DNA of 64,000 nt, from IMG/VR virus record IMGVR_UViG_3300020050_010385, positions 31,132 through 95,131 of that record; one strand, written 5' to 3'. The stretch comes from a virus (Duplodnaviria; Caudoviricetes). Positions 57,953-64,000 of this stretch are shown in pieces. The position numbers and the translations under genes are program-made. Under the pieces are notes generated by a model, which worked only from the letters and a program-made list of their open reading frames with translations, had not been told where the DNA came from and ran no database searches. Each line of letters starts with the position of its first letter. Within the stretch, counting starts at the first letter, position 1.

Positions 57953-58798
57953 ATGGCAAAGCTACTTAGAAAAACACTATTACAATTCGGGAGCACAGTA
58001 AATGCTGGATCTGAAATTGGTCAGTTTGGTTCTTATGCTGCTCCAATATATTCAGCAGATATTGCTACTCTACAAGCAGGAACTGCCTGGCCAAGAGGTT
58101 GGGCAGCTGAAACAATAGCAACCAATCGACCTTTTCTTGAAGACATGAATGCAGTAGACTATGTCTATGGCTATATGCTGGCCTACTTACTTCAAATGGG
58201 TATTCCCGAATATGACTCAGCAACAACCTATTACCTTGATAGCTATGTTCAGATTGCTGGACAGATCTACCAATCACTTGCAGACAACAACACTGGTAAT
58301 GCTCCTGCTTCTTCTCCTGCAAGTTGGCAGCCTGGTATTGGTGCTAAGAACACTGAGACTTCAGGGGTTGTAAAGATGTTTGCTGGAGCAATTGCTCCTA
58401 CTGGCTATTTAATATGTAACGGTGCCGCAGTTAGTAGAGCGACCTATGCAGCCCTTTTTGCAATTTGCGGTACAACTTATGGTGCAGGAGATGGGGCAAC
58501 AACCTTCAATATTCCAGACTTAAGAGGAAATGTAGCAGTAGGATATAAAGCAGCTGATTCTGATTTTGGTACTCTAGGAGCGAACCCTGGAGCAAAGACA
58601 CATACCTTAACTACCTCAGAAATGCCAGCACATAGTCACTCTACCTGGTATGCTCATAACTCTGGAAGCGGTAGTGAATCTCCGGCAGGTGGTAGTAATA
58701 CCAATAGACAAGACGCTTCTACTTCAACTGAAGGTGGTGGAAATGCACACAATAATATTCAACCTTCATTGGTTCTTAATTACATCATCAAAACTTAA
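57953..58798 (+). CDS. Tail fibre with collar domain, copy B
   Basis: Homolog of 11261..12106. Confidence 0.85.
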   Translation: MAKLLRKTLLQFGSTVNAGSEIGQFGSYAAPIYSADIATLQAGTAWPRGWAAETIATNRPFLEDMNAVDYVYGYMLAYLLQMGIPEYDSATTYYLDSYVQIAGQIYQSLADNNTGNAPASSPASWQPGIGAKNTETSGVVKMFAGAIAPTGYLICNGAAVSRATYAALFAICGTTYGAGDGATTFNIPDLRGNVAVGYKAADSDFGTLGANPGAKTHTLTTSEMPAHSHSTWYAHNSGSGSESPAGGSNTNRQDASTSTEGGGNAHNNIQPSLVLNYIIKT

Positions 58799-58807
58799 GG
58801 ATCTTAT

Positions 58808-59179
58808 ATGCAGAATAATTGTGAAGTAGCTATCGATATCGTAAGAGGAACAGATTTTTATTTACCAATTATTTATATGGTAAGTGTAGAATCGATCGGA
58901 CTAAAATATCCAGTTAATATCACTGGGTACAGTGTGCAAATGCAGGTAAGACCAACGGTGGGTTCTACGGGTACACCACTAGTGAATATTTCTACGGCAC
59001 TGGGTACAATTTTAATTGATGGACCAAATGGAAAAATAGAATTATTAATCCCTAAAAGCGTAACCACTACTCTTCCAGTAGGAAGCTGGAGTTATGATGT
59101 TTTAGTAACAAACGTAAGTGGGTGGACAGAACAAATTATTTTCGGGACGGCTAATGTTATTGAAAGGACTACTAAATGA
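58808..59179 (+). CDS. Ig-like fibre adaptor, copy B
   Basis: Two aa differences from 12116..12487. Confidence 0.6.
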   Translation: MQNNCEVAIDIVRGTDFYLPIIYMVSVESIGLKYPVNITGYSVQMQVRPTVGSTGTPLVNISTALGTILIDGPNGKIELLIPKSVTTTLPVGSWSYDVLVTNVSGWTEQIIFGTANVIERTTK

Positions 59180-59691
59180 ATCCAGGAATAGTGCTACTAC
59201 AACAGCAGAAAGTAATTGAGGCACTATCTCAATTTCCCATTCTACCCCAGTATCGAAACTTCTCGATTGTCGCTACTTCAGACGGACAAACGGATTTTGA
59301 ACTTGACGACTATCCGGTATTGACTGGAATTATTTCCGTGAACATAAATGGGATAGCTCAGGATCCTTTAAACGGAGATTACACTATTTTGGACAGTACC
59401 CTGACTGTAAGTCCTGGAAGAGACATCGGAGACAAGGTGGCTGGTTTTTATCAAGTCATGACTCCGGTGGTGGGGGCTAATGTTCTTAATTTTGCCTCGT
59501 ACTATGAATTGGTCGGCACAGCTAGCAAGACCGTATTCACACTTTCTTTCCAGCCTAACCCTATTGTGTACGTAGCAGTGAACGGAGTTGTACAAGACAA
59601 CTTAGACTATACAATAAATGGTTACACATTAACCTTGAACGTAGGATTAGATATAAACGATAAACTATATGTAGTCGGAATTAACAGCTAA
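59176..59691 (+). CDS. Fibre-associated two-repeat protein, copy B
   Basis: One aa difference from 12484..12999. Confidence 0.6.
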   Translation: MNPGIVLLQQQKVIEALSQFPILPQYRNFSIVATSDGQTDFELDDYPVLTGIISVNINGIAQDPLNGDYTILDSTLTVSPGRDIGDKVAGFYQVMTPVVGANVLNFASYYELVGTASKTVFTLSFQPNPIVYVAVNGVVQDNLDYTINGYTLTLNVGLDINDKLYVVGINS

Positions 59692-59701
59692 GGAGAAACA
59701 A

Positions 59702-62509
59702 ATGAAAAAATGGTTTTTAAGTTTACTTGCAATCCTACTTTCGTCATCTTTAGCTTTTGCTGATACGAGAGTCCCAGCCAAGGACGTGACAGTTAATACG
59801 TCTACCTTCGGAGACAATATACCTGTCAACGCAAACACAGTCCAAAAGGCTCTTCAGGCTGTCAACGATGCCACCTTTGGTGGTACCCCAGCAGGTTCTA
59901 CTGGGCAGTTTCAGTATAATAACGGAGGGATCTTTGCTGGCGGTAACATGCTTTACACGGACGGTACAAACATCGGGATTGGTAATGCTTCCCCAACCCA
60001 GAAACTGGACGTTACTGGAACTGTGAAAGCCACCACGTTTAGTGGTAGTGGTTCGGGATTAACCTCCATTCCTGCAGCGCAACTTTCTGGACAGGTGCCC
60101 TTAGCTAACGGTGGTACTGGTCTTTCTAGTGCTGCTGATGACGCTACTGTGGTATCTAATGGTACAGCATTTCAGGCTACGATACTTCCTTCGTGTACTG
60201 ACTCTGGAGGGAACCATTTGAACTATGATGCTACTACGAATTCATTTAGTTGTGGAACTAGTAGTGGAGGAGGTAGTCAGGTTACTGGAGCCTTCACACA
60301 GCTGACATCTTGTCCAGCTGACATTGTAGCTTATATGGCAGCATTACCAGAAAGTACAAGAGTTCAATTTCCTGCGGGATGTTCATATACTCTTACTACC
60401 GCTTCAACGGTTGAAATTCCTAGCGGTGTGTGGGTAGACTTTGCTAATACTCTATTTAATAGAACAGCTACGGCTGCAGCTATTATTACAGCTACTACCA
60501 AAGACGTAACTAAACCTATGTATATTGGTAATGTCCGTTGCACGGGAGCCTTTGCTACTTCGTGTATAAGTATTAATCAAAATGCTGGTACGGTGGGTAG
60601 CGAAAATGCTTTCATATTAAGGAATATTCAGTTTGATTTTACTCCCGATGCCTCCATGACAACTGTTTACGGTTTTGTTATTAACGATTCAGGTTACGTA
60701 ATCGATGGAGTACGTGGGAATATTTTAACTTCTTCAGCAACAACAAGCGCATGGGGTATTCGTACTCCGATGAATTCAACTGCAGAAGCAGACATGTCGG
60801 GGTCAATCAATGATTGGAACGTTAGAGTTGATTGCCAATCCTACGCACCGACTTTCTGTAGAGGTCTTGATGTTGCCTACCAGAACGCATCCGCAGGCGG
60901 AAGTTTATTTAATACGTATGCAAAGGTAAGTAATTTTTATAGCTATGCTCACTCTGGTGGTGCGACCGGAACAGGTGAAGCCTGTAAGGTTACCAATGAC
61001 TCAGGGCATGGAACAGTAAACGAAACCTGGTGGTCTAACGGGGTATGTGATGGGGTATCTTCTGACTTCCGTGACGGTTCTGGATTTGGTGATCCAGTAA
61101 TAGCCCATATTGATAACGTGGAATTCACGAACGGTAAATACTCCCTCAAATCAACGGGTACTTATACTCTAAAGGGATCTTCTGGAAAGACAAGTAACTT
61201 TTGGACAATTAGTTCTAGTGCAACTACTTCAATAGACTCACAGAGCTACATAGCTCCTTTTATAGCCTATGTTGTTGCTACCAACGATCGAGTTTACTTC
61301 CCACCATCAATGCAATTCAATGCGGCTCTCTCTATTACTAAGTCGGTACACCTGATTGGAAGCGGTACTGATGGATGTACTCACATAGCTACTTACGGAG
61401 GAACAAACACACAGCTTTTCAATGTTACAGCAGACAACGTTTCTATTGAAAATTTCTGCTTAGATCTTATCGGAGGTTGGAGCGGAATCCTGGTTAACGG
61501 TACGGGGGGAACCAGCCTTGCTAGTGTTAATCTCAGGAATATTAAAATTAATAAACCAACTGCAAGCGGTAACAGTACGGGAATTATATACAATGACGCT
61601 GGAGGATCAATCTATAATCCAGTAATCAACATAGCTTGTGCCTCTGGAACCTGTCTCGGTATTTCTAGTACACAAGCTTCTACTTTAGATGCGGTCTCCA
61701 CTCTGAGTGTGTATAGTCCGAATATTATCATTCCAGCGACTACCGGGGTATCTAAGGCGTTTGAATTTACGGATACCGGAGCTACGTTTGCTTCTACCTT
61801 CAACGTGTACGGAGGATACTATCGTACCAGTAAATCCACAGGATCAGCCTACGGTATTTACGCTAGTGGTCCACTGATTACGGCTAACCAATACGGTCTC
61901 ATGGGAGCAGCTGATACCATAAACACGTACGCAGTAAATGACGCCGTCATCAATAGCAATTCTTCTCCGTTCATTTCTCCACTTACTATCGGAGGATCTG
62001 GAATTTCTGCCTCAGGGTTCTCTTCATTCGCAGGAGGAATTAATCTACCCAGTGGTCAAGAATACGCTTCAAACGGAGTACAACTTAATTACACTATCTC
62101 GGCCTACGCTGCAGGTACCGTGTACTCATTAACTAACGCTTCAGCAGCAGTAACCTTTGGGACTACTTCTCCAGTAATAACCATTGATCAACCTGGAACG
62201 TATCGATTAAACGCTAGTGCACAGCTTAAGTATAATGCTGCTACATTTGCAGCACCGCAAACAGCCACGTGTCTTCTCTATCGTACGAACAATACCGCTG
62301 GAGCATTAACCAATGCCACACGTACGGTGGACTTAAGAATACTAAGTGCAATCACGGATAGTGCAGGCTTAGTTGCTATTCCAGAAATTCAGTATATCAC
62401 AACGAATTACAACGATCAAATCCAACTCTATTGCGGAATGTCAGCGGCTACTGGAGGAGGAACGGTGGACGTTGTTTCAGCTAATGTTATTGCTAAACTT
62501 GACTATTAA
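59702..62509 (+). CDS. Signal-peptide-bearing tailspike/adhesin (allele B), probably two beta-helix segments
   Basis: First about 120 aa near-identical to 13010..15379; centre unrelated and Cys-rich; last about 130 aa homologous (Y.LTNASA...[29 protein letters not shown]). Confidence 0.75.
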   Translation: MKKWFLSLLAILLSSSLAFADTRVPAKDVTVNTSTFGDNIPVNANTVQKALQAVNDATFGGTPAGSTGQFQYNNGGIFAGGNMLYTDGTNIGIGNASPTQKLDVTGTVKATTFSGSGSGLTSIPAAQLSGQVPLANGGTGLSSAADDATVVSNGTAFQATILPSCTDSGGNHLNYDATTNSFSCGTSSGGGSQVTGAFTQLTSCPADIVAYMAALPESTRVQFPAGCSYTLTTASTVEIPSGVWVDFANTLFNRTATAAAIITATTKDVTKPMYIGNVRCTGAFATSCISINQNAGTVGSENAFILRNIQFDFTPDASMTTVYGFVINDSGYVIDGVRGNILTSSATTSAWGIRTPMNSTAEADMSGSINDWNVRVDCQSYAPTFCRGLDVAYQNASAGGSLFNTYAKVSNFYSYAHSGGATGTGEACKVTNDSGHGTVNETWWSNGVCDGVSSDFRDGSGFGDPVIAHIDNVEFTNGKYSLKSTGTYTLKGSSGKTSNFWTISSSATTSIDSQSYIAPFIAYVVATNDRVYFPPSMQFNAALSITKSVHLIGSGTDGCTHIATYGGTNTQLFNVTADNVSIENFCLDLIGGWSGILVNGTGGTSLASVNLRNIKINKPTASGNSTGIIYNDAGGSIYNPVINIACASGTCLGISSTQASTLDAVSTLSVYSPNIIIPATTGVSKAFEFTDTGATFASTFNVYGGYYRTSKSTGSAYGIYASGPLITANQYGLMGAADTINTYAVNDAVINSNSSPFISPLTIGGSGISASGFSSFAGGINLPSGQEYASNGVQLNYTISAYAAGTVYSLTNASAAVTFGTTSPVITIDQPGTYRLNASAQLKYNAATFAAPQTATCLLYRTNNTAGALTNATRTVDLRILSAITDSAGLVAIPEIQYITTNYNDQIQLYCGMSAATGGGTVDVVSANVIAKLDY

Positions 62510-62537
62510 ATTAATTAATATAAAGGAGATTTAAAAT

Positions 62538-63806
62538 ATGAAACTAAGTAAAGTATTTATAATCACTCTGCTAATGCTACTTCAAACCTCATTGGCTCAT
62601 GCTTTGACTACGATGTGGTCACTAAGTAGTGCAGGTAATACGGTAACGGCCAATCATTACTTGTCTTTTGGTCAGGGTGGGGGTGGAGATGCTAGCAACA
62701 CTAAAAGAAGAATGGTAGTTGCTGGAAACATGAGTCTCAGGAACCTAAGTATCTCAGCGGCTACAGCACCAGGTGGGGGGACTGGAGCCATAGCTTATAC
62801 GGTGATTGTTAATGGTTCAGCTTCTTTGTTAACCTGCACAATGACCGACCCTGCAACTACCTGTACGGATAGTACCAACGTAATTAATCTTGTACGTGGT
62901 GACACAGTATCTTTACAAGCTACAACCGCAGCCGGAGCACCTACATATAGTGCAATTACTGGCTACGTTATAAAGGATATTACCAATACAAATCGTAATG
63001 ACTTCGTTGGTTGTCCAGCCTCAGCTACAATTTTTAGTGCTTCAGCTACAAATTACCTCGGTATCAATAGTAGTTGTGCTCCAAATGCTACCGAAGGTGG
63101 TGGGCTAATTCCCATCGTGGCACAAGTTTCACAGCTTTATGTTTACCTAGATGGTTCAGCAGGGGCAGGCGCATCAGGGAAATCTTACACGATAACCTTA
63201 CGAAAAAATCAAGTAGATACAGCTATTACCTGCGTAGTACTCGAAACAGCTACCACATGTCAAGATACAGTAAACAGTATAACTACGGCACCGGGAGATA
63301 TCCTTTCATTAAAAGTAGTACCTGCTAATACGCCCACAGCCAGGTACATATCCGCAGGTGTAAAATTGACTTCCAGTATTCCTGGAACTTTCGTAGTTCC
63401 CAGTGGAGCAGCGTCACCTTCGGTAAGTGTCGTTCACTATTCAGCCTTCTCAGGAGGAGCAACGACTACTGCTTCCACTACTACGAATAATCAATTATTA
63501 CCTGGTAATCTATATGCCATGGGATTTTATGCTAAGGCAGCCACGGCTCCGGGAAGTGGAGCAGGGGTACAATCTTGGACATTTAATTTAAGAGACCATA
63601 CTAACTCCTTGACTGACCTTACAGGTTGTGTGATATCGGAAGCAGCAACTACGTGTAGTGAAAGTTTCCGTGAAGCTTTATCAGCTTCGAACTTTGCAGT
63701 GAACTATCAACTTACCCCTTCAGGTACACCCGTAACTTCAACGATTAGATATGGTACGGTATTAACTTTTAACGCTCCGGGAACAACAACAATCAAAGGT
63801 TACTAA
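62538..63806 (+). CDS. Signal-peptide-bearing beta-rich repeat protein (allele B)
   Basis: MKLSKVFIITLLMLLQTSLAHA|L; repeats with C...C pairs; ends IKGY like 15411..16667. Confidence 0.7.
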   Translation: MKLSKVFIITLLMLLQTSLAHALTTMWSLSSAGNTVTANHYLSFGQGGGGDASNTKRRMVVAGNMSLRNLSISAATAPGGGTGAIAYTVIVNGSASLLTCTMTDPATTCTDSTNVINLVRGDTVSLQATTAAGAPTYSAITGYVIKDITNTNRNDFVGCPASATIFSASATNYLGINSSCAPNATEGGGLIPIVAQVSQLYVYLDGSAGAGASGKSYTITLRKNQVDTAITCVVLETATTCQDTVNSITTAPGDILSLKVVPANTPTARYISAGVKLTSSIPGTFVVPSGAASPSVSVVHYSAFSGGATTTASTTTNNQLLPGNLYAMGFYAKAATAPGSGAGVQSWTFNLRDHTNSLTDLTGCVISEAATTCSESFREALSASNFAVNYQLTPSGTPVTSTIRYGTVLTFNAPGTTTIKGY

Positions 63807-63807
63807 T

Positions 63808-63984
63808 ATGATAGAAAACGTAGTCTTGACTATTCCTCCAGAAAAATATAAGTTCATGGTAAAGACCCTAGAATCTTTTAAGTCAGGAATACGTTTATTA
63901 AACCTAAATGCACTTTATAAACAAAGCCTAATAAAAGAACTCCACACCATAGAGAGCATCATTAAAACTAATAGGAGTCAGTGA
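63808..63984 (+). CDS. Small hypothetical protein (58 aa), copy B
   Basis: Same protein as 16669..16845. Confidence 0.7.
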   Translation: MIENVVLTIPPEKYKFMVKTLESFKSGIRLLNLNALYKQSLIKELHTIESIIKTNRSQ

Positions 63985-64000
63985 TGGAATTCACTCAAGA

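Larger units (their letters stand above)
46706..64000 (+). repeat. Copy B of the large diverged direct repeat; partner is 1..16861
   Basis: Collinear with copy A; the window's last bases match 16845-16861. Confidence 0.97.

Noticed and set aside
22550-58600. TAG stop-codon reassignment suggested by TAG-rich DNA
   Set aside because: Genes are full length in the standard code, and several end in TAG at positions matching their homologs (for example 51365, 53465, 57943).
1-64000. Simple terminal redundancy or circular overlap explaining the repeat
   Set aside because: The copies differ at many synonymous sites and carry different cassette alleles, so they are not the same sequence read twice.

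Overview
The window is tailed-phage DNA (contractile-tail myovirus type, AT-rich, standard genetic code). It holds about 1.37 genome units of roughly 46.7-47.1 kb in head-to-tail order. (i) 1-18251 (+): end of the major capsid gene, neck, tail, baseplate, fibre and lysis genes of copy A. (ii) 18338-37097 (-): early, replication and nucleotide-metabolism arm with helicase, primase, family A polymerase, SSB, PD-(D/E)XK nuclease, a dCMP-type thymidylate-synthase homolog plus a divergent paralog, dCMP deaminase, MazG-like pyrophosphatase, DenV and a cell-wall hydrolase. (iii) 37311-64000 (+): terminases, two glycosyltransferases and a methyltransferase, portal, head genes, then a second, diverged copy B of the whole capsid-to-fibre module. 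The two copies encode very similar proteins but differ at many synonymous sites. Much of copy B and the replication arm are strongly CpG-depleted, with CpG-normal patches mixed in. Each copy carries a different allele of a two-gene adhesin/receptor-binding cassette whose products start with clear Sec-type signal peptides, which is unusual for phage fibre-region proteins. I saw no integrase, repressor, reverse transcriptase or CRISPR array. The sequence alone cannot tell whether the tandem arrangement is a real molecule or a strain chimera from assembly. All family assignments come from motif recognition and gene order, not database searches.
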